Shown piece by piece: positions 9,990 through 23,259 of a DNA stretch of 26,895 nucleotides (position 1 is the first letter of the stretch; every line of letters starts with the position of its first letter). A model generated the notes under the pieces. It was not told the origin of the DNA, did no database searches, and worked only from the letters and a program-made list of their open reading frames with translations. Location of the stretch: the NCBI GenBank assembly GCA_965224245.1, contig CBDCYW010000007.1:1-26895 (forward strand), in the 5' to 3' direction. Position numbers and translations under genes: made by a program. The stretch comes from Candidatus Eiseniibacteriota bacterium (lineage in GTDB: Bacteria; Eisenbacteria; RBG-16-71-46; CAZAMP01).

Positions 9990-11329
9990 ATGGACTGCCC
10001 TTGGCCCGAAGAGCCCATTGGAGAGCTTGCAGACCCCGTGAGCAGGCTCGAGGAGCCTGTACCGGGCCGCAGCTATCGCCAGGTTGGTGTTCGACTTTGG
10101 GGGGGCGGCGCGTACGAACGCGATTCTGTAGACGGTGCCGAAACGAAATACAAAACGCTGAACCGAGTGGCGACCAATGACATCATCGTCAACAAAATCT
10201 GGGCGCGCAACGGCAGCGTAAGCGTTGTTCAGAACGCCCTTGACGGCTGCTACTGTTCGTCTGAATTCCCTCTGTTTCGTCCGCCGAGCAAACCGGCTTC
10301 ATCCTCAATGGTTCTTCTGGATGACGAAGACGCCGTGGTTCTGGAGGCGGTGCGATAAGAAGGCCCGCGGGACCAGTGGCAAGAACCGCATCCGTCCGGA
10401 GAGGTTTCTTCAGATTCGGATACCCTGCCCCACCTTCTCCGAACAGGAGCGCATCGTTCGCAGAATTGAAGCCCTAGACGGGCGGCTATTCAGCGTGCGA
10501 AACAGATACGAAAGGACTCAAACCTTAAAACGGACAGCCTTTGGCCTAGCACCTTGAACGACGTGTTAGCGGGTCAGCTTCTGAACGGGAATACGCCAAC
10601 CACAACCGGCAGAAGCCTTCTTGAAGAGGCAGGCGCGGGCGAAGAGCGAATTCGAGAAGACGCGATACAATCGGGCGCATCCGTCTCATCCCACCATTGT
10701 CGACTCGGGGCCAACGGAACTACCGCCGAGTTGGTGTTGGACGACTTTGGGGTCGGTGCTCACTCACCTCGTGGACTGCGTAAACGACACCCCAGATTTC
10801 TCGCCAACGCCCACGTCGTTCCTCGGCCTGAAGTCGACGAACATTAAACCGTATCGCTTTGATGACGGGGAAGTGTGGCACGTCACAGAGGCAGACTTCC
10901 GCTATTGGAACCGCCGAGAAGAGCCCATTCCCGGAGATATCATTCTTACGCGTGAAGCTCCGATGGGCCACGCGTGCATTCTTCCGCCGGCGCGGCAGTA
11001 CTGCCTAACGCAGCGGCTGATGTTGCTTCGAGTAGATAGTGACTTTATTTCTCCCAACTACATGCTGCACTACCTGAACTCACCGCTCTTCCGAGACCAG
11101 GTTCTGGACGTCAGTCGCGGCCTCACGACGCCGCACATTCGAGTTAAAGATGCCCCAGGCTTTCTCGTGCCGATTCCGAGCCACGAAGAGCAAAACGCTA
11201 ATTGTTTGCCGCCTTGATGCGCTGCACGACACAGTGAAGGCGCTTCGACGCATTCAACGACGCACGGACACGCAGCTCGAGGGGCTTCTGCCGTCGGTAC
11301 TTCACGCGGCTTTCTCCGGGAATCTGTGA
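9990..11329 (+). CDS. hsdS: Type I R-M specificity subunit with several frameshifts
   Basis: Two TRD plus conserved-repeat units (IPCPTFSEQERIV; ELPPSWCWTTLG; VPIPSHEEQ). Ends LLPSVLHAAFSGNL* at 11329. Confidence 0.88.
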
Positions 11330-11379
11330 GGGCCTCGCCGCTCGGGGCCTGTTTGAGTCCGAGACCCCGGCCTCGACTG

Positions 11380-11782
11380 CGAAATCCGCCCATCCGCCGA
11401 GTTTGTTTCCGGCTCGGGGTCGGCTCTCCGGCTTCCGTCGGCGTTCTGCCGACTATCCCCCCATGCGACTTCGACTCACCACGCCCCTCGGCCTAACCGC
11501 TGTCCTGACGAAGGCCGGCGAGCTCTACGAGCTCGACCTCGACTACCCCGACCAGCCCACCACCGACGCCATATCGGCTGAGTTCGAGAGCCTCGTGCGC
11601 CACGCGCTCGCGATTGTCGAGCTTCTCGAGGGCCACGACCTCCCGCTTTCGGAAGCACTTCGAAGAATCCGCGCCCGCCTGACCTTCCCGAGTGTCGGAC
11701 GTCCGACACGCTCGAAGCAGCGTCACCGAACGGTCGATTCGACACGAAAAAGCCGGGGCCAACGACGAAATCCGCCCATCCG
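11380..11782 (+). repeat. 17-bp direct repeat CGAAATCCGCCCATCCG
   Basis: Identical copies at 11380-11396 and 11766-11782. Confidence 0.85.
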
Positions 11783-11885
11783 TGAGCCTCATTCCCGAGC
11801 CGGGAGCGTGTTCGGGTTCGTTTCCATCCTCGACGCTCCGCCGCGCGCCGGTCGCCGTCCGAGCAACCTCGCGCCAGGCCGCTAG
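11463..11885 (+). CDS. Hypothetical protein (3' end uncertain)
   Basis: The first ~75 aa from ATG 11463 look protein-like. The tail runs through the parS copy and repeat and looks non-coding. Confidence 0.45.
   Translation: MRLRLTTPLGLTAVLTKAGELYELDLDYPDQPTTDAISAEFESLVRHALAIVELLEGHDLPLSEALRRIRARLTFPSVGRPTRSKQRHRTVDSTRKSRGQRRNPPIREPHSRAGSVFGFVSILDAPPRAGRRPSNLAPGR
11692..11709. promoter_or_regulatory. parS-like palindrome, copy 3
   Basis: GTGTCGGACGTCCGACAC. Confidence 0.75.
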
Positions 11886-12031
11886 CGCGGGGAAGGCCCC
11901 TGTCACTCGCTTGCAGGCCTCCGGCTCCCTCTGCGCGCCTTCGCGTCGGACGTTCCTCCGGTTTCGAGAACGCACCCCTCCAGCTCAGGTGAGAGGGGAT
12001 GGTCCTCTCCACAAAAACGGAGGAACTGAAA

Positions 12032-12268
12032 ATGGCAACGAAACCAGCACACGAAATCAGGCTCGGGAGAATCAGAGCCGCCATCTGGGCGAACGAAACG
12101 TCCGCCGGCACCCGGCACAACGTCACGGTCGAACGACTCTACAAAGACGGTGACGACTGGAAGAGCTCTTCGAGCTTTGGCCGGGACGACCTCCCGCTTG
12201 TCGGGAAGGTGCTCGACCAGGCGCACACGTGGATTTTCGAAGCAGCGTCCAACGGGAGGGAGTCGTGA
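12032..12268 (+). CDS. Small beta-rich protein, possibly PC4-like ssDNA-binding
   Basis: GGAGGA RBS. Sequence KPAHEIRLGRIRAAIWAN..HNVTVERLYKDGDDWKSSSSFGRDDLP resembles, from memory, a family common in Planctomycetes. Confidence 0.75.
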   Translation: MATKPAHEIRLGRIRAAIWANETSAGTRHNVTVERLYKDGDDWKSSSSFGRDDLPLVGKVLDQAHTWIFEAASNGRES

Positions 12269-12806
12269 GTCCCCGCAAGGGGGCTCCGGCCCCCCGCGCG
12301 CCCGGCTGAGCTCCCGAACCTCGTCGACATCCTTGACGAGCTCGGCGGAGGCCTCGGAAACGTCATCGCCTCGACGTTTCGTCGCATGGAGCTCGCCGAG
12401 AAACGAGATTCAGGACGCGAAGCAGCGAGACCCGCTGAACGCCGACGGGATTCACGGCGCATTTCGCTACCTTCGTCCGACCGACCCGCTCCAAGCGAAG
12501 GGCGACGCGCTCTACCGTGCCCATTGCCGCGAGCTCATCGAGCGCGTTGCTTCCGGCTCCACGAAGCGGGAGCTCTCGGCCGGCACCCGCGCTGAGGTCC
12601 TGGCCACCCTCGCCGACCTGTCTCTCGCCGCGCCGCTCGAGCGACACGCTTTCCACCTCTACGGTCAGCTCTTCGGCGAGCTCTTCCCGGAGAAGGCCCA
12701 CGACATCGAGCCGCTCCGAGGTCCCCTCGACCGCTACGAAGCTGAGCAGGCTCAAGAACTCTTCGGCCGACTCCAGCGCAAGCTCTCGACGGACCGGGCT
12801 CCATAG
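12265..12806 (+). CDS. Conserved hypothetical protein with two apparent +1 frameshifts (~12300, ~12402)
   Basis: GTGA overlap with the upstream gene. Joined reading ..ELPNLVDILDELGGGLGNVIASTFRRMELAE/NEIQDAKQ..LYRAHCRELIERVA..GTRAEV. Confidence 0.6.
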
Positions 12807-12902
12807 CCCGGCTCCGGCCGTTCCAAGTACTGGGGGTAGGTACGCCTCTCGGAATTCCCTAGAAATCCTGAGTCCCACCCCCAACCGAGAAAGGCGGACG
12901 GC

Positions 12903-13133
12903 ATGCCCAACGAATCGACTCTCGAAGAGAAGAAAGAGCTCCTTCGGAAGGCCCTCGGACCGGACAAGGCGCAGCTCTTCGCGCACATCATCGACCGCTG
13001 TACCGACATCGTCGCGGAGGAAGACGGCTCCATCCGAATCGAGGGAACACCGCCGATGACCCTCGCGGCCGGGGAGCCGACCGTTGAGGGCCTCCGGAAG
13101 CTCGTCGACGAGCACCGCACAGACCACGATTGA
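12903..13133 (+). CDS. Hypothetical protein (76 aa)
   Basis: Purine-rich RBS-like sequence upstream, typical codon usage, co-oriented with neighbours. Confidence 0.65.
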   Translation: MPNESTLEEKKELLRKALGPDKAQLFAHIIDRCTDIVAEEDGSIRIEGTPPMTLAAGEPTVEGLRKLVDEHRTDHD

Positions 13134-13175
13134 GGGGCTCCGCCAAGAACCCCTCCGGGGACCCTCCCCCAACAC

Positions 13176-13206
13176 TTGACGAGCGGTGATAACAGATTTT
13201 ATCATC
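13176..13206 (+). promoter_or_regulatory. Sigma70-like promoter overlapping a res/dif-like inverted repeat
   Basis: TTGACG (13176)-N18-TATCAT (13200). TGATAA-CAGATT-TTATCA at 13187-13204 gives two arms around a 6-bp spacer. Confidence 0.65.
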
Positions 13207-13210
13207 TATC

Positions 13211-14329
13211 ATGATGACTACCGAACGAGGCCTCATTCCGACCCGCGACCTCCCGTCGGGAGCTCTTCCGGGGCTCCCGCGCATCCTCCCGGACCACGAC
13301 ACGGCGGCGGTCCGGGAGCGTGTCCAGGGCTTCTACGGTTCGGTCGCACTGATGCTTGAGGCGTGGGTCACCCGGAGCGAGAACCTGAACACGCAGCGGA
13401 GCTACCGCGCGGCGGTCGCCGGCTTTCTTCGGTTCCTCGGCCTCGACTGGCCCGAGGGCCATCGGTGGCCGCCGGAGGCCTGGCGACTCCTCGCGACGAC
13501 CGTTGCCGACGTCCGAGCCTTCCGGGAGTTCCTCGACGTCGAGCTCGACCAGGCGCCGAAGACGCTCAACCACCGCATCTCGGCGCTCAGCGGGTTCTTC
13601 GAGTTCGCCCGGGAGGCGGCCGCGGCCGGGAAACTCCCGATTCTCGTTCACAACCCCGCCCACAAGGACTTCATCAAGCGCCCGTCGACCGACCCTGTTG
13701 AGGAGACGCCGGCACTTTCAGCTCGGAACGCCCGGAAGCTCATGGAGCTCCCGAACGGCGACGACCCGGTGCTTGCGCTCCGGGACCGAGCCATCCTCAA
13801 GTTCTACCTCTTCACGGGCGCTCGCATCCGAACAGGATGCCTTCTCGACGTCGCCGACTTCCGCTTCGACGAGGAGGACCCGAAGATACGGGTCCAGGAG
13901 AAGGGACGCGGGAAGTCGAAGCGAACCATCGGCGTTCACATCGAAGCAGCAGAGGCCATCCGGGAGTACATCGCCGGCGCCGAGCTCACCAGCGGGCCGC
14001 TCTTCCGTGCCCGCGCGAACTCCCGGTCGAAGCGACTCGGCCGCGTCCGCATCGGCCTCACGACCATGTACTCCCTTCTGCAGGCCTACCTCGAGCAGCT
14101 CCCAAGGGCCGTGAAGCACGTGGAGCTCGAGGACGGCACCGAACGCGAGCAGTGCATCTACACGCCGCACTCACTTCGCGCTACGACTGCAACGCTTCTT
14201 CTCAAGAGCGGGGTTCCCCTGGAGGAGGTCCAGGAGCTCCTCGGACACAAGAACCCCCAGACCACTCAGATTTACGACAAGCGCGTCCGTCGAACGACGG
14301 AGAGCGCGAGTCACAAGATTTCGTTCTAG
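13211..14329 (+). CDS. Tyrosine recombinase (XerC/D-like resolvase)
   Basis: SAM-like N-terminus and catalytic residues R (TGAR), K (EKG), HSLR, LGH and Y (TTQIY). Confidence 0.95.
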   Translation: MMTTERGLIPTRDLPSGALPGLPRILPDHDTAAVRERVQGFYGSVALMLEAWVTRSENLNTQRSYRAAVAGFLRFLGLDWPEGHRWPPEAWRLLATTVADVRAFREFLDVELDQAPKTLNHRISALSGFFEFAREAAAAGKLPILVHNPAHKDFIKRPSTDPVEETPALSARNARKLMELPNGDDPVLALRDRAILKFYLFTGARIRTGCLLDVADFRFDEEDPKIRVQEKGRGKSKRTIGVHIEAAEAIREYIAGAELTSGPLFRARANSRSKRLGRVRIGLTTMYSLLQAYLEQLPRAVKHVELEDGTEREQCIYTPHSLRATTATLLLKSGVPLEEVQELLGHKNPQTTQIYDKRVRRTTESASHKISF

Positions 14330-14343
14330 AGAGGAGGTCCCGA

Positions 14344-14970
14344 TTGCCAGTCAAACACTTCTTCGGCCCCACGCTCACGAGCGACGATTTCCCCAAAGGC
14401 CCGCAGACCGTTGACGACAAGATTCGCGTTTTCGAGGACCAGGTTCGCGGCTGGAAACTCAACATCGCGGAGGAAGCCATCGCCAGGAACGGTGACGCGG
14501 GTTTCGCTGTCATGGACATCGTCACGAGCTACTTCGAGCTCATTGGCACGTGCATCAAGGGTCCCGGACAGAAGAAGACCGTCCCGGACAAGAAGAAGGG
14601 CGGCACCAAGCAAGTCGACTTCGGCTCCGGCGACTACTTCCGCGCTGGCATGATGGAGGTCTTCGACGAGCTCGCGAAAGCGGACCCAGCCCTCGTCGAC
14701 CGGCTCCTCCGGGCGTTCTATAAGGATGTCCGATGCGGGCTCTACCACCAGGCGATGACCCGGAACGGGGTTCTTCTCTCCGGCAACGTCACTGGCCCGG
14801 TGGTCTTCCAGGACGACAAAGCCGCCGGCACGACGACGGCAATCCTCATCAACCCAAAACGCTTCGTTGCCAGGCTACAGGCGCACCTCAAAGACTACGT
14901 AGCCCTCATCTCCGATACCTCGAACACGGATGCCCGCAACCGATTCGAAGCGGCGTTTGACCAGCGGTAG
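14344..14970 (+). CDS. Hypothetical protein with HEPN-like RxxxxH motif
   Basis: GGAGG RBS then TTG at 14344. GFAVMDIVTSYFELIG helix and FYKDVRCGLYH motif. Confidence 0.7.
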   Translation: MPVKHFFGPTLTSDDFPKGPQTVDDKIRVFEDQVRGWKLNIAEEAIARNGDAGFAVMDIVTSYFELIGTCIKGPGQKKTVPDKKKGGTKQVDFGSGDYFRAGMMEVFDELAKADPALVDRLLRAFYKDVRCGLYHQAMTRNGVLLSGNVTGPVVFQDDKAAGTTTAILINPKRFVARLQAHLKDYVALISDTSNTDARNRFEAAFDQR

Positions 14971-15307
14971 GTCCATCACCGGGGCAAACGGCTTCGTCAG
15001 AGCCCCTGTGAGTGACTTTCTCGGGTCAACAGGTATCAGGACACCCCCCTCGCTGGACGAAAACTACGTCACTTACGCGGTCGGCCCGTCTTGCGGTTGC
15101 GGCCGTTGCCAGACCCGCGTTCCTCCGCTAACGGTCCCCGTATCCCCTCGCGTGCCACTCAGCGAGGCCGGCGCCGCGCCCGAGTCAAGGTCGTTCGCCC
15201 CGTTGGGGCGCTTCCACCGTTGACTTCCGGTCGCGCCAGCCCGCCGAAACGCCTGGCACTCGCGATGGGGAATCGGCTTCATCGCCAAGCAAATGGAGGA
15301 ACGCACC

Positions 15308-15688
15308 ATGACGACAACACCCTTACGCAGATGGTTTCGCTCAAGCGCCCCCGTCGAGAACTTCTTCGAGCTCATGAACGAGCAGCGAGAGGAGCTCCGC
15401 TACCTGGCGCTCGAGCAGCTCGAGAAGCGCAGAGCACTCGAAGACGCGCTCGCTTCTCAGGACCGCACCGAAGCCCACCGTCGCCGCATCGCCCTCTACA
15501 AGCGGCAGTACGGTGACCTGCTCGCGCTTGAGGAGAAACACGGCGCCGTTCTCCGGCAGTCGCCGCAGCGCGCCCTCCACGGCCTCGTCCTCGAGGAGCG
15601 TGAGCTCCTCTTCCGCCTCTGGAGCAAAGAGGAATCCGTCCTCGACCTGCTCGCCGACGTCCCGGCAGACGAGCTCCGAAGCAAGTAG
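15308..15688 (+). CDS. Hypothetical helical protein (126 aa)
   Basis: GGAGG RBS at 15295. E/L/R-rich, coiled-coil-like. Confidence 0.7.
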   Translation: MTTTPLRRWFRSSAPVENFFELMNEQREELRYLALEQLEKRRALEDALASQDRTEAHRRRIALYKRQYGDLLALEEKHGAVLRQSPQRALHGLVLEERELLFRLWSKEESVLDLLADVPADELRSK

Positions 15689-15689
15689 A

Positions 15690-16470
15690 CAGCCCCGGAA
15701 AGGGAAGTCGCTGTCCGAGCGGACCACTCGCGAGGCGTGCCTACGCGCTTACGGTGTCGCCGACCTCCGGTCGGCTCCCGACCCCCTTTCTCGCATTCCC
15801 GCTTCGTTCCTTCGCGGGAGATGCTCACTGGCAAGCCCGTGCCACCCTCCGCATCGCCCCCCTCGACTACGGGTGTCACTCGGCTTGCAGGCCCCCCCGG
15901 CCACCTCTCACCCGCCACCCAGCCACGCCACCGCCCGCGCTTCGCGCGCGCCCCCTGTATATGGTCTCGCTCGCAAGCTCGCTCGCAATTCGAGGGGCTT
16001 CTCGGCTCGGGGTTCCCGCCTTCAGCGAGGAAACCTCCTCGACCGGAGGAGCCTACCTTCCGTTCGGGGTTCCCCATCGCTCTCGCGCCCAGGGAGACCC
16101 CTCACTGCAGGGACCCCTCTTCCGGGCTCGCTTTTCCCGGTCCCCGGGAGACGCTCGCCCCCCTTCGTTCGAGCCAACCCTCGCGCCAGCAAAGCTGTCA
16201 CTCGGCTTGCAATCTCACTCCGGGCCACCCACCCAGCCGCCAGAACTCCGCACCGAAAGAGCCGACAGACCGCTCTCGGCAACCCTCCGTTCGCGCGCCA
16301 CAAGTGGCACTCGAACTCGCAACCAACCGTGCGACGGCGACTGCGATACTTCATGCGCATTCCGTGCCTCTAAGTCCGCGTCTGCCATCTCTTTAGGTTC
16401 TCCGTTCTTACCACCCAAACCCCCAACCGTTGGCGGAATACCTTGTGCTCCACCTTGCACCTCTCTATCT
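15690..16470. other. Non-coding hairpin/repeat region upstream of the relaxase-like gene (candidate oriT or single-strand initiation site)
   Basis: Inverted repeats at 15793-15824 and 15828-15890; tandem CTCGCTCGCAA (15966, 15978); TCGGGGTTCCC (16007, 16064); TGTCACTCGGCTTGCA (15874, 16196). Confidence 0.45.
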
Positions 16471-16478
16471 TCTCTCCG

Positions 16479-17126
16479 GTGGAGCTCACCGGACCCAATG
16501 ACCGACCCATCATTCTCACGCTCACCTCGAGCGTTCGGCTGTTCTCGGTCGACCAAATCGCTCGCACCTGGTGGGGAGAGAACAAGCACCCGCGGAAGTC
16601 TGCCAACCGCAGACTCCGGGAACTCGAACGCGCCGGACTCATCGCCCGGGAGACGGTTCACGCGGCACCTCTCCTCGAGCTCGAGGCGCCGCTCCTCCAA
16701 TGGAGCCCCGGCGAACCCGACCCGACGAACCTCCCGGAGCTCGAGCACCAGCTTTCCGAGCGCTGGACAGAGCCGCCGGTGCTGACACCGGTGGTCTATG
16801 CCACCAAGGAGGCCGCGACCCTCTGGGGAGGCTTCCAGCCCGGGCGCATCGCGCACCAGGCGGAAGCCACTCACGACCTCCACGTCTCGGAGCTCTACCT
16901 CCGACTCCGGCGGGACCATCCGGAGCTCGTCGAGTCTTGGAGGAGCGAGGAGGAGCTCCCGCCGCTCGACCGCCAGGTAGGCGGCTACATGCCCGACGCC
17001 GCCCTTGTCGGCCCCGATGGAGGCATCAGCCTCTACATCGAATTCGCCGGCCGCTACAAGGTCGAGCGCCTCGAGAAGATTCACATCTTCTGCAAAGCGA
17101 AAGGCTACCCGTATGACCTCTGGTAA
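16479..17126 (+). CDS. Replication-relaxation (Replic_Relax-like) protein, putative relaxase
   Basis: N-terminal wHTH (FSVDQIARTWW..ANRRLRELERAGLI), HDLHVSELYL, and PD..YIEF motifs. Lies upstream of the coupling protein. Start codon uncertain. Confidence 0.7.
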   Translation: MELTGPNDRPIILTLTSSVRLFSVDQIARTWWGENKHPRKSANRRLRELERAGLIARETVHAAPLLELEAPLLQWSPGEPDPTNLPELEHQLSERWTEPPVLTPVVYATKEAATLWGGFQPGRIAHQAEATHDLHVSELYLRLRRDHPELVESWRSEEELPPLDRQVGGYMPDAALVGPDGGISLYIEFAGRYKVERLEKIHIFCKAKGYPYDLW

Positions 17127-17847
17127 CGGTCGCCGGCGAAGCGACGAAGAAGAGCGCGCCCGCCAGGACCTCATCCTCGACCACACCTTCAAGCATCACA
17201 TGACCACGCCGGAGGCAGTGAAGGCTGCGCTCTTTCCCGAGCTCAGTGTCAACGGTGCTTGGCGAAAGCTCGAGAGACTCACCGCGAACGGTGAACTCGT
17301 CTCCTACGAGCTCGCCCCGGGGGAGCGCGGCGGGAAACGCCGCTACTGGATGGTCTCGAAGGCCCGCGCGCTGAACCGCTACGGCGAGAAGCGCGGCGGG
17401 GAAAGCGCACGAGCTAAACCAGCTCGTGAACTACTTCGGCATTCTCGCGTTCTGTTGTCTTGGTGACACGAAGCGCGAGCTCATTTCCGACGCCGACCTT
17501 CGCGAGTATTTCCCGGACTACGTCTGCGGACGGCTTCCGAAATACTACGTCCTCGACGAGGAGGAGCGCTTCGCCTACGTCCACGTCGAGCAAGGGAAGA
17601 GAACCATCGACGCCGTTGTGCGTCGCTGCGAGAACATCGTCCTCGACCGACGGCGACGGAGCGCCGGGTTTCGCAAGCTCATCGACGCCGGCCAGTTCTA
17701 CCTCTGGGTTGTCACCCCGAGCGAGCGTCGAGCGACGCTCCTTCGAAGCGCCTTCGACGACCGGCACTTCGCGACAGACTACGGCATCGCCGTCGTGTCG
17801 GAACTCGAATCGCTTCTCGTGAAGACGCTCAAGAAAGGCCGCTCATA

Positions 17848-17848
<1 letters not shown>
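17113..17848 (+). CDS. wHTH protein, possible degenerate Replic_Relax paralogue, with a +1 frameshift at ~17401
   Basis: RQDLILDH..MTTPEAV..WRKLERL wHTH, continuing into the 17426-17848 frame after a G run. Overlaps both neighbours. Confidence 0.65.
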
Positions 17849-21559
<3,711 letters not shown>

Positions 21560-22755
21560 TTGCTCGCCCTGGCTGTTGTCGGTTGTGGAGGGAGCGAGTT
21601 CGACGAAAAGACCGACACCGCCAAGAAGGACGATGGTCCCGCAGAGACCATCGACGCGACAGAAGAGCGCGAGCGCCAGAGCTTCATTCGTCAGAAAGCC
21701 GAGGGCGACCGAATCGCCTACCAGGAGCTCGCCGAGCAAGCCGCCATCGGCATTACGAGGCTCCAGGAATACCGCGCGGAGCTCGCCGCCTGGCAAACGC
21801 TCACCGCAGAGCTTCCGACGAACGACGACGGCCGGGCCATCGCCTCGGACCCGAGCTTCGTTCAGTCCTACATCGAGCTCACCGCAAAGCCCCGCCACCG
21901 CCTCGACGACGTCGACGCCGCCATTCGAAAGCTCACCCGCATCCAAGACAACTCGGAGACCCAGGCGAAACAGGACCTCCCCTCGATTACCCCACAGAAG
22001 CGACAAGAAGATTCAATCACCATCGCGAGTGAACGCGCCCAGGCGGAAGAGCAGACCGCCGAGCTCAAGAAGGACACCGCCCTCATTCTCGGCTTCATCG
22101 CAGCCGGGCGAACGAACCCGACTGGCGTCACGCTCGCCGAAGCCATTCGAACCGCGAACGCCCAGGCCGCCGCCGAGCGTGCCGACCTCATCGCCCAGGA
22201 GCGCGAGCGCGTTTACCGCGAGAACTCCGAGCGCATGGCCGAGCTCGAAGCGCAAAAGGAGCAAGAAAGACAGGACGCGAAAGCGAGTCAGCTCGCGCGC
22301 GAAGCGCTCGAGACGAAGGCGGCAGACCCGACCATCATCGCCAAGTTCGCCCCCTTCACCACCAGAGGGCAACTCGCGTTCGATAGGTTCTCCGAGACCT
22401 CCCGCAGTGGAACCACCGTCGCCGGCTCCGTCTGGATGAAGCAGATTAACGGTCCTTCTCGTCCCGCGAGCTATTCAAAGCTCACGCAGCTCGGCGCCAC
22501 CAAGAACGTGCAGAACTTCGTCTGGTTCGGCTGCGACTGCGTGAACAAGCGGCGCGGATACCCGGACAACGACCGCCCTGTTTGGAGCTACCCGCAAAAC
22601 GACGACGAATGGCGCTACTACGAAGAGCTTCTCGAACTCTTCAAGGAGCTCGCTCCCATCTGGGCAGAGAACGGCATCCTCGCGCCGTAGGTTTGACTGA
22701 CGTCGAGGACTCAGGCAGGATGAAAGAGGTTGCCGGCTGGCGAAAGGTCTTCAAG

Positions 22756-22801
22756 AAAAAAGCCCGAAGGCCATGGAACCGAAGTTCCATGACCAACGGG
22801 C
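22756..22801 (-). terminator. Intrinsic terminator
   Basis: Minus strand GCCCG..GGTCATGGAAC-TTCG-GTTCCATGGCC..CGGGC-TTTTTT, with a cUUCGg loop and U tract. Confidence 0.8.
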
Positions 22802-22822
22802 AAGTCTTCTACGAGGTGAAGA

Positions 22823-23047
22823 CTACCACCACCACCACAACCACAGGGCCGCTACACTAGTCCACCCGGTAATGACTCTTACCTGGTGGGCAACGGTGTC
22901 GGCCCAATACCTTCTTCGAATTGCCTTCCGCGCCGCATCGTTCAACTCCCAGACAGTCGGTTGACGTTTGTCACCCAACAACCAGAAGAGAACTGCACGC
23001 AGCACCTTCCAACAACACGCAAGAAGGAAACAGATGATGGCACTCAT
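22823..23047 (-). CDS. Small membrane protein (74 aa) with a Trp-rich C-terminus
   Basis: AGGAGG 8 nt before the ATG, hydrophobic N- and C-terminal segments, followed by a terminator. Confidence 0.6.
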   Translation of the reverse strand: MSAIICFLLACCWKVLRAVLFWLLGDKRQPTVWELNDAARKAIRRRYWADTVAHQVRVITGWTSVAALWLWWWW

Positions 23048-23259
23048 GGCCTCGCCCTCCTTCTTGTCTGTTCGTACAAGCCGCAGCCTCGTTCCGAGGC
23101 TACAGCTCGAGAGAACACAGGAAGCGTTTGAGGCTTAGTCCTCACCTCCTCAACGAAGACGTCTGTTTTGGTCTTGGGGCGAGACAGGCCCCAGTTGGAT
23201 ACCGCAAAGCGCGGCACGAGGATTATACCGCTTAGGTTGTCTGGACGGTTCCCGCGATT

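Noticed and set aside
13837-14343. N-terminal extension of the 377-aa ORF
   Set aside because: Out-of-frame overlap with the recombinase. The RBS supports a start at 14344.
15874-15889. Resemblance of TGTCAC-N5-TTGCA to a sigma54 promoter
   Set aside because: The invariant -24 GG is GT here, and the spacing varies among copies.
15496-16785. Several long Pro/Ser/Arg-rich ORFs
   Set aside because: Low-complexity translation with no motifs. The region is better explained as non-coding.
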